Source: Octopus vulgaris (lineage: Eukaryota). Taken from it: DNA of 64,000 nt. Each line of letters begins with the position of its first letter. Position 1 is the stretch's first letter. Position numbers and translations under genes: made by a program. The DNA lies in NCBI GenBank assembly GCA_951406725.2, contig OX597815.1:185566001-185630000 (forward strand), read 5' to 3'. Shown here piece by piece: positions 50,180 to 63,406 of this stretch. Under the pieces are notes generated by a model that ran no database searches, had not been told where the DNA came from, and saw only the letters and a list, made by a program, of their open reading frames with translations.

Positions 50180-52309
50180 AAAATCTTTCCTCGTCCAGCA
50201 TGGACTTACAATTTTGGATGATAAAACTAACTTCTCTTTGATTTTGATGTACTTGACTCAATAGGTCTCCTCAAGCATGGCATATTGCCCTACAATCCAA
50301 GGTACTTTTGACCGATAACCAAAATTAGTTTATGAAGTTAATTGGTCCATTATGATTCTACTCCTCAGGCAGCAAACTGATGATATCATTAGTGTCAAAA
50401 ATAATGCATTGCAGAATTTACTCTGGATCTTTACATTCTGAGTTCAAATCTCACCAAGGTCAACTTTGCCTGTCTTCCTTTAAAGATCAATATAATATAG
50501 TACTCTGATATTGATTAAGCCAGCCTTTCTTCATAACTGTTAGTTTTGTGCCTAAATCAGAAACCATCATAATACTATTAATAGCTAGTGTTTTATAGCT
50601 GACATTTCCAAGCACTAATTTGCAAAACACTCGTATTCTATGTAGATTTCACAAATGGACTTTAATCTCTATTAGGAATATTTAGCACTCAAACCCAAAT
50701 CACTAAATCTGATGGGAAAAAAAAAAACAAAAAAAACACAAGAATACAATCACAATTTGCTGTGATATTACCAATGTCATTAAAAAGAAGCTGATCATTC
50801 AAGACTTCATGTGGAACTAGATCTAACAACAATTTCATCTTCGACATGCTTTTTCTGAACACGATCACCACATCCTATCCACTATGGGAGGATGGTGGAC
50901 AGTAGACATCAGACTAGATACAGATAGTCGACTGGATGCAGAAACAGCAGTTAGAAAACAGTTGCAGATCCAGCAGCAAACCAGAGCAGACAATCTTGGT
51001 GTTTGTCACTTGTGGTAGTGAAAACCATTTCTTGTTTACAATAAAAATGAATATCCTCTTATCAAAAAATCTCAGACATATTTCAGTGTTCTTTATCATA
51101 ATAAATCTTTTTTAAATGAATTGGAGAATGCCATGATGTAAAAAAAAAAAAGAGTGTTTTTTAATGCACCACACTGGACTACATGTATTCGTTTGCATCA
51201 AAGTGCAATGCAGCATATATGTATCTCCACTTTTAAATCATCTAAACCATAAATTTCTCTCATCATCATCATTATCGTTTAACATCCGTTTTCCATGCTG
51301 GCATGGGTTGGACCATTTGACTAAGGTCTGGAAAGCCAGTAGGCTGCACCAGGCCCCAATTTGATCTGGCAATGTTTCTACAGCTGGCTGCCCTTCTTAA
51401 TTTTAAAAATATGATGGTATACTGCAACATTATAGTACATTATTCAATGCATTGTGGCTTTAAAAAACACCTTGAAAATCAGTATGACGTATCTTTTTTT
51501 TTTTTTTCAGAGATAGCTTATTTAGCACAACATATTTTATGTGTCCTTCCTTTCTTACTGGTTATGGTCTGGTTTGGACGAGATTTAGCCAGGTTCTAAC
51601 AAGTTGAGCAACCACATAAAGGTTTTCTTTTGAGCTTAACTGTATTTGACATTTACAGAAATAATTAGAAAAAGGTAATTGGCCTTTGAGCTTGCAAGAT
51701 ATTCAACATTAGCTATAAGTTAGTGATACCTTCTGTCTTTCTCTTATAATCATTAGGACGAAAGAGACATCACAGATCAAATGTTTACTTAGGGGAATCT
51801 GTAAACACAATGCGAATTACACATTGCATAAACAGAAATGAACAAATCAGCTATAGAGTGTTTGCAGAGAAAAGAAGGAAAATCCTACGTTAATATGAAG
51901 ATGTATATATATATATAAAGAAAAGAAATTAGCCAGACATATTGAATAAAGCCTAAATACAGTCATCAGAGCTAAAGAATGAAACAAGCATGACTTTGTG
52001 CATCCTGGTTGATATGTCATGCCCAATAGACAGAAACATTTGCAATTAAGATGCCAAAACACTAGACAAGGCTCTGGAAGAAGATATGGTGAAAGTATAA
52101 GGGATGAAGTCAACAATTGTAGCTATAATGACTGTCATGTTAGGAGAAGGAGAAAAAGAATGCTTGTGAGTAATGTAATCTGTTGAATAGAAACTTGACG
52201 ATGGGAACTTCTAAATATCGCACTGCTGGGAAGTAAATATCTCTTTCACTAAATAGATATCACCGTATATATACGAATACAAATTGTGCGTGTATTTGTG
52301 TGAGTATAC

Positions 52310-52426
52310 ATGTCCTTATATATGTACGTGTGTGTATATATATGTATATGTATGTATGTGATTGTATAAATTTCTTTAGATATATGTGTGTGTATATGTA
52401 TATACATATATATATATGTATGTATG

Positions 52427-52462
<36 letters not shown>

Positions 52463-52464
52463 TA

Positions 52465-52521
<57 letters not shown>

Positions 52522-52572
52522 ATATGTATGTATGTATATATGTATGTATGTATATATATATATATTTGTTTA

Positions 52573-52625
<53 letters not shown>

Positions 52626-52645
52626 ATAATATATATATATGTATG

Positions 52646-52689
<44 letters not shown>

Positions 52690-52765
52690 ATAATAGATAC
52701 ATGTATGTATGTATGTATAATAATATATATATATAATGTATATATATATATATACACACATATGT
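52310..52765. repeat. Compound (TA)n/(TATG)n microsatellite
   Basis: Directly visible. Confidence 0.95.
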
Positions 52766-53309
52766 ATTAAGTTATATAAACTGAAATAATGATTATGACG
52801 ACAACAATGATAACAATAACAACAACAACAATATTAATAATTATGGTGGTGGTGATGGTGTAATACTCACTAGCATAGGAATAACCTGACATATAACAAA
52901 CCACAATCCGACAAACATAAGAACAAGACAAAAACATATTAAGCGAACCACTACATAAATAAATAAATAAATAAATATCAAGTCGCTTTCAGTTCTGATG
53001 TACATAACGTGTCACATGTGTTTACACACCACAAAGCAAATGACAATGTCGATGATGACAATGACGAACAATGAATGATGACAACTGCAGCAGCTACGAT
53101 GACAGATGACGACAGTGATTACGAGGAGAATGGTGATCAGAACAATGAGCAGTTTATCCAATGAATAGTTACATAACTATTCTGTGTGCCTTGGATAATG
53201 ATGATAATAGTAATAATAATAATAATGATAATAACGATAATAACGTAAAATACTGTTCTATGATATCAAACACCTTCCTTTAATGTGCAGTAGCATATAC
53301 ATACATCTG

Positions 53310-53410
53310 TCAGTGTGTGTGTATATATATATAGATATGTATATGTATATGTGTGTGTACGTGTATGTATATATATGTGTGTGTGTGTACATGTATGTAT
53401 ATATAAATGC

Positions 53411-53445
<35 letters not shown>

Positions 53446-53650
53446 AACACACACACATATATATACCTAAATATGTATGTATATATAAATGCATTTATAT
53501 ATATATATGTATATATATATACATACATATAAACACACACACATGTACATATATACATAAATATATATACACACATATATGTATGTATACATGAATAAAT
53601 ATGTAAATACATGTACACATACTTACACACACATTTGTATTATACAAGTG

Positions 53651-53695
<45 letters not shown>

Positions 53696-53780
53696 GAGAG
53701 AGAAGGGAGTAGGCAGCTAGAAAGAAATAAGTACATATTATATATATATATATATACATACAATATATATATATATCTAA
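53310..53780. repeat. Compound (TA)/(TG)/(CA)/(GA) microsatellite
   Basis: Directly visible. Confidence 0.9.
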
Positions 53781-54304
53781 AGGCATAAAATAAAAAACGA
53801 AACAAAAGATGGTTAACATTGTTGAATTCTATCTTTAAACAGCAGTGATTGGGGCTGAAGTATTCCAATGAAGAACCCTTCCAAGAGTCATTATAAAAAT
53901 GAACATTCAATATCTCCCCCCACCATACTCTCTCACTCTCTCTTATCTTCTTAGTTTCACATTACCTGTCTAGTTTTCTCTCTCTCTCTTTCTCTTCTTA
54001 CTTTTATAGTCCCCTTTAAGTTCTCTCTCTCTCTCTCTCTCATAATTTTTTTTTCTTTCTTTCTCAAACACTGACTTCCCTTCTTCTTTCTCTCATTATC
54101 CCTAATTGATCTTCTCACTCTCAACTTCTCACGCTGGTTTTCCTTCCATGGTCCTCTTAGATTTTCTATTAATTCACCCACCCACCCTCCTCCACACTTC
54201 TTGCTTCTCTTCTTCTTCCTCTTTCATACAACCTGTTTCTCTCTTTCATTTTAGATTCTGCCAGTTTTTCTTTACTTACATACTTTCTCTCATTTTCTCT
54301 CCAA

Positions 54305-54780
54305 CTGACTCTCACCCTTACACTCACCTTCTCTCTCTCCCTTGCACTCACCTTCTCTCTCTCCCTCACACTCACCTCCTCTATTCCTCACACTCACCTT
54401 CTCCCTCTCTTACATTCACATTCTCTCTCTCTCTCTCCCTTAGACACTTCTCTCTCCTTCACTCTCACTTCTCTCTCCCTCACTCTCACTTCTCTCTCTC
54501 TTCCTTAGACACCTCTCACTCCTTCACTCTCACTTCTCTCTCCCTCACCTCCTCTCTCTCACTTAGACACCTCTCTCTCCCTCACTCTCACCTTCTCTCT
54601 CACCCTCGCTCTCACCTCCTCTCTTTCCCTCACACTCACCTCCTCTCTCTCCCTAATCCTAACCTTGTCTCTCTCCCTTGCACTCACCTTCTCTCTCTCC
54701 CTCATTCACATCTCCACTCTCTCCCTCACCTTCACCTCCTTTCTCTCCTTTACACTCACCTTTTCTTGCTCACCCTCACT
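54305..54780 (+). repeat. Pyrimidine-rich minisatellite, ~21-24-bp unit (cactcaccttctctctctccct)
   Basis: About 20 degenerate tandem units are visible. Confidence 0.85.
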
Positions 54781-55507
54781 ATCCATCCACCAACCTATCT
54801 CACACCTTCTCTACTAACTTAAATCAGATACCATTTTGCTGCAGCATAACTCATACCATACGCTAACTAGTAATGATATATTGGCAGTCTTTTACACAAG
54901 GCTTAATCTACGGTTTAGAAGAGAAACAGGAAATCAGAAATTATGATGTCTATGAGTTATATCTGAAGTCATTAGCGATGTATGTCAAATGAATTGGCTT
55001 CAATCAGGAACCGCAAGTATATAAAAGAGATTAAATTGTCTCACTGAAATGGTAGGTTATTTAAATACCACCATTTCCATGGTTCTTCTTCAAATATTTC
55101 TTCTACTATCTTGAGTCAGATGCATCCTTTCTTCAAAGCTAATTAAAATCTGAGGTTGCTCCAGCTGACAGGAACACAGTAGCTCTTGAGATTTTTGCCC
55201 TCGTTCATTCTTAAAGTGCAAGAAGGAAGCAGCGAGTACATACATTCAGGATTCTTGTCTCATTTCATTCTTTGAAGGAGCCTTGAAGACACCATTGTTG
55301 GACAATTAAATAGACTCAATACTTAATAAGTAAAACGCACAGGTACTGGTGCCACGTAAAAAGACACTGGTAATAAGCACCCAGTACACTCTGTAGAGTG
55401 GTTTACATTAGGAAGGAGATCCAGCTACAGGAACCATGGCAAAACAGATAATAGTACCTTGTGTGATTCCTGGCCTTGCCAATCCCTATAAAACCATTCA
55501 ACTCATA

Positions 55508-55919
55508 CCTATTTCTTTACTACCCACAAGGGGCTACACACAGAGGGGACAAACAAGGACAGACAAACGGATTAAGTCAATTACATTGACCCCAGTGCAT
55601 AACTGGTACTTATTTAATCAACCCCAAAAGGATGAAAGGCAAAGTCGACCTCAGCGGTATTTGAACTCAGAATGTAGCGGCAGATGAAATACCTATTTCT
55701 TTACTACCAACAAGGGGCTACACACAGAGGGGACAAACAAGGACAGACAAACAGATTAAGTCGATTACATTGACCCCAGTGTATAACTGGCACTTATTTA
55801 ATCGACCTCGAAAGGATCAAAGGCAAAGTTGGCCTCAGCAGAATTTGAACTCAGAATGTAGTGGCAGATGAACTACCGCTAAGCATTTCGCCCAGTGTGC
55901 TAACAATTCTGCCAGCTCG
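55508..55919 (-). mobile_element. Family B SINE, dimeric
   Basis: Two ~183-bp bodies (55508, 55692) and one head. Confidence 0.85.
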
Positions 55920-56117
55920 GAAAATGCAAGTTTCCTAATGATAATAATTTCAATGTTATTTTATTTTATTGATTTGGATGTAGGGATTAAAAGGCAAAGT
56001 TGACATCAGATTCATTTGAACATTGGCTGTAAAGGGATGCAACAACTACCACAAGGTATTTTTCCAACACTCTAACAATTCTACCAATCCATGTCTCATT
56101 GGTTTTGTATTAAGAAT

Positions 56118-56273
56118 TTGTGGTTGTGTGGTAAGAAGCTTGCTTCCCAACCACTTGATTCTGGGTTCAGTCCCACTATGCAGTACCTTAAGCAAGAATC
56201 TTCTGCTATAGCTCCAGGCCTTGTCAGTAGATCTGATAAACAGAAACTGAAAGAAGCTTGTTGTGTGTGTGTG

Positions 56274-56322
<49 letters not shown>

Positions 56323-56555
56323 TTATGTGTGTGTCTTTATGACTGTGTTTGTCTCCCACAACCACTTGACAACTGGTATTGGTTTGTTTATGTCCAAGTA
56401 ACAACTTAGAGGTTCAGCAAAAGAGACAAAAAGAAAAAAATATTGAGCTTAAAAAAAATTTAAGTACTGAGGTCAATTCATTCGACTAAACAATTTTTGA
56501 AGGCAGTGCCCCAGCATGGCCACAGTCAAATGGCTGAAACAAGTAAAACAGAAAA
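56118..56555 (+). mobile_element. Family A SINE, diverged
   Basis: gtggttgtgtggtaagaagcttgc...cagcatggccacagtcaaatggctgaaacaagtaaaa. Confidence 0.8.
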
Positions 56556-57048
56556 GATATAAAGCAAATATTGTTTAACCATAGAAAGAATCAAAATGGA
56601 AATTCAAGGCCCCCCAAAGAATGAAACGAGATAAGAATCCTGCATGTATGTACTTGCTGCTTCCTTCTTGCACTTTAAGAGTGAATGAGGGCAAAAATCT
56701 CAAGAGCGACTGTGTTCTTGTCAGCTGGAGCACCGCATCTTTTGATTAGCTTTGAAGAAAGGATGCATCTGACTCAAGTTACTAGAAGTGAAATTCTATG
56801 CAGTACTCAACTGATAAGAAATGGCAATGAAATCAGACTGAAATTTTAGAAAAGAAATAAAAAATGGAAAATGAGAAACAGAGATGCCAAATAGTTTTAA
56901 CCTGAAATTATTAGAGATTTAGATCCAGTGAAATGTCTTCAATCAGAAAATGAATATATACAAAGCAGACGAAAGTTTTTTATTGAAAGAGATGATTCAA
57001 AAACCTCTGTAATATTTCTTGTATTTTTATCATCTGTTTAGAATTTAA

Positions 57049-57239
57049 CCCTTTTGATACCAGCCCGGCTGAAACTGCCTCTGGTTCTGAATTTAAATCT
57101 TCCACCAAACTTTAGTCACAATTTATGTTCCTAACAGAAGCTTAATGATAACTAAGTTATTTTACTAAATTCTTTGTTTTATTTAGAACTAATTGAAGGA
57201 AACACAAGGCATCTCAGCAGAAATACGGTAACAAAAGAG
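57049..57239. mobile_element. piggyBac-type MITE, adjacent copy with internal deletion
   Basis: TTAA|CCCTTTTGATACC ... GGTAACAAAAGAG|TTAA, with the same body as the 57260 copy. Confidence 0.85.
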
Positions 57240-57259
57240 TTAACAAATGATTAATTTAA

Positions 57260-57481
57260 CCCTTTCATTACCAACCCACCTGAAACTGCCTCTGGCTCTG
57301 TAATACAAATGTCGTGTTTACATAAGTTTTGAATTAAAATCTTCTACCAAACCTTAGTCACAATTTCTGCTCCTAACACTAGCTGAATGATAACTAAGTT
57401 ATTTTACTAGATTCTTTGTTATATTTAAAATTAACTGAAAGCAACACAGAGCATCTCAAAATAAATACAGTAATGAAAGGG
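57260..57481. mobile_element. piggyBac-type MITE, full length (222 bp)
   Basis: TTAA|CCCTTTCATTAC ... GTAATGAAAGGG|TTAA. Confidence 0.9.
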
Positions 57482-57841
57482 TTAAAGAGCTGGAATAGCT
57501 ATTAAAAGATATTTGGTCCAATGTTCAAATAATTCAGCGAAACCAGTTATTCTCAAAGAACTTTTAAGATTTTCCATAAAAATAGATATTGTTAAACCAT
57601 ATAAATAAAGAATTTTTGAGTTTCACTATATAAATAAATGTGGTTAAAGCATTTGTAGAAAAAAAATCCAGCAAAAGAGGCAAATCCTCAGTGGTACTTG
57701 GCCTACTGGAAATAGCAACCAAATCACTCTCAAAATCCCAAACTTACCATCATGAAAAAAATAGACAAAGAAAGACAGAAAAAAATTGACACGCTGGATA
57801 ATATAGAACTTGAAACAACCTGGAGTAAATACTAGAAATAT

Positions 57842-58219
57842 CTATTTCTCTATTACCCACAAGGGACAAAGGGGACAAACAAGGACAGACAAATGGATTA
57901 AGTTGATTATATCAACCCCAGTGCATAACTGGTACTTATTTAATCGACCCCGAAAAGATGAAAGGCAAAGTCGACCTTGGCAGAATTTGAACTCAGAATG
58001 CACTGGCAGACAAAATACCTATTTCTTTACTACCCACAAGGGGCTAAACACAGTCGATTATATTTTCCCCAGTGCGTAACTGGTACTTATTTAATCGACC
58101 CCGAAAAAATGAAAGGCAAAGTCGACCTCGGTGGAATTTGAACTCAGAACGTAGTGGCAGACGAAATACCGCTAAGCATTTCGCCCGGTGTGCTAATGTG
58201 TCTACCAGCTCGCCGCCTT
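57842..58219 (-). mobile_element. Family B SINE, dimeric
   Basis: Two bodies and one head, ending ccagctcgccgcctt. Confidence 0.85.
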
Positions 58220-58819
58220 AAAAACTAGAAATATCAACAGGGAAAATCAGGCCTCATTGATGCTATAACTGTTTCTGAAGACTAGAATTAGAATTAGCCT
58301 TGGATCTTCTTTTCTATATTCATTTATGCCATTCATAATTTCCACACACATTCACACACACACAGCAAACCTCCAAACAAAACACACACACAAAAACAAA
58401 CACAATGAAACACATGAATACAAATCATTAACAATAACATTACCTGTATCGTAATTATCTGCATTGTAATGTAATTGATAATAATGAAATGACGATGGTG
58501 ACATTGCTGACAACAATAATAACGATGATGAGATAGTAATATCATTAATATATTGATAATATTAGCGCTGAGTGGATATCCAACTGGGATATTAAGATCA
58601 TAGTTCAATTATGGCTTAAGCTTTCACCGCATCGAATGTGTATCTCCATATTTCTAAACTTTGTACAAACTATGGGAAGGTAATGAGAAGCTATTGTAAG
58701 ACAGATCTTGCTAAACCTGTTGGAGAGATGTCCAAGACAACAGACTTGTGCTTCTTATCCAGTCATTCATTCATTCAGTCATTCATTCAGTTCGTTTATT
58801 CAGTTCATTTATTCAGTTC

Positions 58820-59023
58820 TCTTTTTCATTCTTTTACTTGTTTCAGTCATTTGACTGCAGCCATGTTGGAGCACCGGCTTTAGTTGAGCAAAGCAACCCC
58901 AAGACTTATTCTTTGTAAGCCTAATACTTATTCTATCGGTCTCTTTTACCGAACCGCAAAGTTGTGGGGGACGTAAACACACCACCATCGCCTGTCAAGA
59001 GATGTTGGGGGGACAAACACAGA

Positions 59024-59073
<50 letters not shown>

Positions 59074-59252
59074 CACATACATATATACGACGGGCTTCTT
59101 TCAGTTTCTGTCTACCAAATCCACTCAGAAGGCTTTGGTCGGCCCGAGGCTATAGTAGAAGACACTTGCCCAAGGTGCCACGCAGTGGGAACAGAACTTG
59201 GAACCATGTGGTTCATAAGCAAGCTACTTACCACACAAACACTCCTGTGCCT
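58820..59252 (-). mobile_element. Family A SINE
   Basis: Colinear with 7971-8384. Confidence 0.88.
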
Positions 59253-59305
59253 ATTCCTTTATTTTGACTACAAAATTGCAGTAAATTACAATACTTGATA
59301 TTGTT

Positions 59306-59950
59306 GCAGGTGTGGCTGTGTGGTAAGAAGGCAGTGAGCTGACAGAAATGTTAGCACACCGGGCAAAATGCTTAGCAGTATTTCATTTGCCATTACATTC
59401 TGAGTTCAAATTCTGCCGAGGTCGACTTTGCATTTCATCATTTTAGGTTCGATAAATTAAGTACCAGATACACACTGGGGTTGATCTAATCGAGTTAATC
59501 CCTTTGTCTGTCCTTGTTTTTCCCCTCTATGTTTAGCACCTTGTGGGCAATGGGCAATAAAGAAATAAGAAGCTTGCTTCCCAACCACATCGTTCCAGGT
59601 TCAGTCTCACTGTATGATGACACATTAGGCTATGGCCCTAGACTGACCAAATCCTCGGATTTGTAAATGGAAATGGAATCTGAATGAACCATGTTGTGAA
59701 AGTAAATGGAATCTGAAAGTAAATGGTATCTGAAAGATCCTGGTTGTGTACTTGTGTGTGTGTTTGTCCCACATTACTGCTTGACAACAGGTGTTGGTTT
59801 GTTCACATCCTGTAACTATGTATTTCAGCAAAAGAGACCAATAAAATAGGTATTTGGCTTAAAAATGAGTACCGAGGTTGATTAGTCCACCTGAGACCAT
59901 CAAGACTGTGTCCCAGCATGGCAACAGTTGGACACCAGAAAAAAGTAAAG
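59306..59950 (+). mobile_element. Diverged family A SINE with a family B SINE (59329-59568) nested in its head
   Basis: gcaggtgtggctgtgtggTAAGAAG-[family B]-TAAGAAGcttgcttcccaaccac, an apparent 7-bp target duplication. Confidence 0.8.
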
Positions 59951-60017
59951 GACAAAAAGACATAAGACATATATATATATACACACACATAGAGAGAGAG
60001 AGAGAGAGAGAGAGTTG

Positions 60018-60203
60018 AAATTTATAGAAAAACAAAAGACGAAGACAGGTGTATGAACAACAAGCAAGTGTATTAGTTTGAGAAAATGGAAAAGTCTTTT
60101 ATGTTTCGAGTCTATGCTCTTCAACAGAAAGGAATAAGATAAAATAAACAGAGAGAGAGAATGAAAGAAACTTGTAGATTTCAGCAGTCCACCATGGCGA
60201 ATG
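60018..60203 (-). mobile_element. Second copy of family E repeat, hammerhead-like motif at 60096-60131
   Basis: It aligns by eye with 1198-1385. The reverse complement reads CTTT-CTGTTGA-A-GAGC(atag)ACTC-GAAA-C-ATA-AAAG. Confidence 0.55.
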
Positions 60204-60874
60204 ATTGGAAAAATATACACACATTGTTGATACATATAATACAATGATTTACAATAAAAAATGTGTAACAGCATTTCTTATATTCAAATATTATGCTATG
60301 TGATTCATTCTATATTGTAATTAATATTAATTCCTGCATTTATATTAACAATTGTCTTGTATGTATCAAAGTATATACAATGCTTGTGTTTTATAATCTC
60401 TTACACATTGTTACAAAGATTTACTTTCTGAGCAGCTGTTAATCAAATACTACAGAAGACATGCTTATATATGTTCAAACTTTTGCGAAAAACTGTGTGG
60501 TATAAGACACACACACACACACACACAAATTTATTTTTCTTTTCCTAATGCCAAAAACCATGTGTGAAATATATATGAAAACATGGTCAGAGAAATAGAA
60601 GATGAAAAATCAAACAGTGAAAAGAATAAAAAAGCCATTGCTAAGACAGATAAACATGAAAATAAAGATAGATATAAGACAATGGAAAGAAGAAAAGTAT
60701 GAAATAGTTAATACCTTACACAACAACGTACATCCTATCTAATAGAAAAAAATATCAGGCAGTGATTGAAGAAAATAAATATAATCTGTTAAGTGCAAAG
60801 ACGTGTTTAGTTGGATAACTACGCAAAACTGGAGATCCACACAAAAGCTTCAGGAAATGTTCCTTCTAAGAATA

Positions 60875-60965
60875 TAGATGTGCGTGTGTGTGTGTGTGTG
60901 CGTGTGAATCAGTGTCTATGTGCGTACATGTTTACATGTATTTATATTTATCTGTGTGTGTGTGT

Positions 60966-60996
<31 letters not shown>

Positions 60997-61071
60997 TAGA
61001 GAGACTGATCAATATAGACAGATATATTTGTGTTTTGAGTGTGTATATATATATATATACATATATGTATG

Positions 61072-61142
<71 letters not shown>

Positions 61143-61177
61143 ATCAATATAGACAGATATATAGATATATTTATTTA

Positions 61178-61211
<34 letters not shown>

Positions 61212-61295
61212 GACAGACAGACAGACAAACAGAGAGAGAGACTGATCAATATAGACAGATATATAGATACATTTGTGTGTGTGTGTGTGTTTGTG
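60875..61295. repeat. Higher-order microsatellite: three ~115-130-bp units of (TG)n(TA)n(GA/GACA)n + tgatcaatatagacagatata
   Basis: tgatcaatatagacagatata recurs at ~61006, 61141 and 61243. Confidence 0.85.
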
Positions 61296-61687
61296 CAGAC
61301 AAACATGAAATTTTGTTTAAGAACATCTGTGTCTATATTTATGTCTCTCTCTCCTTTCTGTCTGTCTGTTTCTCTCTCTCTCTCTATCGCTCTGAATATA
61401 TATCATCATCATCTTACCCAAGGTGACATGCAGTGAGACTGAACCTGGAACCATGTGGTTGAGAAGCAAGCTTCTTACCACACAGCCACGCCTATGTATA
61501 TACATATCACATATATACCATCTATCATTATAATCATTTTATGGCCATCAACCTGTGCTGCCATGGGCTATAAGAAACTGTGTAATGAGTCAACATACAG
61601 AATAACTAACATGCATATCATCATCATTTAGCATCCATTTTACACACACATATACACACATGCATTATGTATCAACACAAACATATA

Positions 61688-61721
<34 letters not shown>

Positions 61722-62242
61722 AGACACACATACATACATGTGTATACATTTTTGTGTGTATGTGTGCAGACGTAAAAAGAATAAGGTAGTAATTCATACA
61801 CAGAAACATAAATGTATGTTCTTGAGGAAAATCCACAAATACTCCCATGAAAATACAAACCATAAAGAAGTACATTATATAAAGAAGTACAAGATATAAA
61901 GAAGTACAAGATAGAAATGCTTGTGTGCGCTGTCTCTCAATATGTGGCTATGTCTGTGCACGTTCACATGTTGACAAAAATCATATGAGTTTGTTTTTAT
62001 GTTAGAGAGCAAATATATTCACACATAAACAAATACACAGAACAAATACATGCGCATCCACCGAGATTATTTTATTTTCTTTCTTTCTCCTTCTTTACTA
62101 ATCCTTTCAACGGAAAGTGAAAGTAGGTCTCTTGTCCTAATTACACATTTGCACGCAGACACACACACTCACACACTCACACACAAACACACACACACAC
62201 ACACATGAACACACACACACACATGAACATAAATTTGTTCTC

Positions 62243-62460
62243 TTATTCTCTTACCTGTTTCAGTCAATTGACTGCGGTCATGCTGGAGCATCGCCTTTAG
62301 TCACGCAAACGGACCTCGGGACTTATTCTTTGTAAGCCTAGTACTTATTCTATCAGTCCCTCTTGCTGAACTGCTAAGTTACGGGGATGTAAACTCAACA
62401 AAATCAGCTGTCAAGCGATGGTGAGGTGACAAATACAGACGCACAAAAATAAACATATAT
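62243..62460 (-). mobile_element. Family A SINE 3' half
   Basis: ctgtttcagtcaattgactgcggtcatgctggagc... Confidence 0.8.
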
Positions 62461-62463
62461 ACA

Positions 62464-62498
<35 letters not shown>

Positions 62499-62522
62499 GT
62501 ATGTGTGTATATATATATATAT

Positions 62523-62758
62523 ATTTCTTTACTACCCACAAGGGGCTAAACACAGAGGGGACAAACAAGGACAGACAAAAAGATTAAGTCGATTACATCG
62601 ACTCCAGTGCATAACTGGTACTTAATTTATCGACCCCGAAAGGATGAAAGGCAAAGTCGACCTCGGCGGAATTTGAACCCACCCAGAACGTAACGGCAGA
62701 CGAGATACGGCTCCGCATTTCGCCCGGCATGCTAACGTTTCTGCCAGTTCGCCGCCTT
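62523..62758 (-). mobile_element. Family B SINE, young copy
   Basis: CpG-rich match to the family consensus. Confidence 0.88.
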
Positions 62759-62761
62759 TTA

Positions 62762-62813
<52 letters not shown>

Positions 62814-62898
62814 GCCTTTTATATGTGTGTATATATATATAGCCGTGGTTGACCAAAGCCTTGAGTGAATTTGGTTAACAGAAACTGAAAGAAGCTTG

Positions 62899-62936
<38 letters not shown>

Positions 62937-63374
62937 TTGGTGCCTGGTGCAGCCTCCTGGCTTTCCAATCCTCAGTCAAACCATCCAACCCATGCCAGCA
63001 TGGAAAGTAGATGTTAAGTGAAGATGATATGTGTGTGGGTGGGTGGGTGTTTGCCCCCAACCAACACTTAACTGGTGTTGGTCTGTTTATATCCCCATGG
63101 CTTAACCAGCCTGTATTGTTATGCAACACTTCCTTTGCATTTGGTTCAAATTTCTGGTTTCATTTCATTGGCCTACACCTGTGACAGTAGACCCCCCCCC
63201 CGCCCGCTTTTCTGGGTGATGCTCCATTACAGACCCTTTTGCAGTCTTCACTATCTCATTCCATATTTCCATATCTTTTTGGAGTCCCCCCCCTCTGCTA
63301 AGCATTCAATCTACTTTAAGCAATCTGTACTTATACATATGAATATAAAAAATTATATCGACATAAATATAAAC

Positions 63375-63406
<32 letters not shown>

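Larger units (their letters stand above)
55096..56794. repeat. Long-range inverted repeat, ~200-bp arms (55096-55296 and 56595-56794)
   Basis: cttgagtcagatgcatcctttcttcaaagctaat... is mirrored by ...attagctttgaagaaaggatgcatctgactcaag. Confidence 0.9.

Noticed and set aside
50860-51030. Non-repetitive CAG-rich block considered as an upstream complexin exon
   Set aside because: No convincing minus-strand splice-site pair or coding signal was found.
52260-53910. Many ORFs rich in Y/I/C/V/H/T (also near 387, 5427, 21300, 48995 and 60888)
   Set aside because: These are translations of (TA)n, (TG)n and (TATG)n microsatellites.
54106-54822. 238-aa L/S/H/P-rich ORF, the longest in the track
   Set aside because: It is a stop-free by-product of a CT-rich minisatellite, starts at a non-ATG codon and shows no recognisable domain.
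245-62758. Apparent excess of family A and B SINEs on the minus (gene-sense) strand
   Set aside because: The counts are small and made by eye, and degenerate copies were not scored consistently, so I cannot claim significance.
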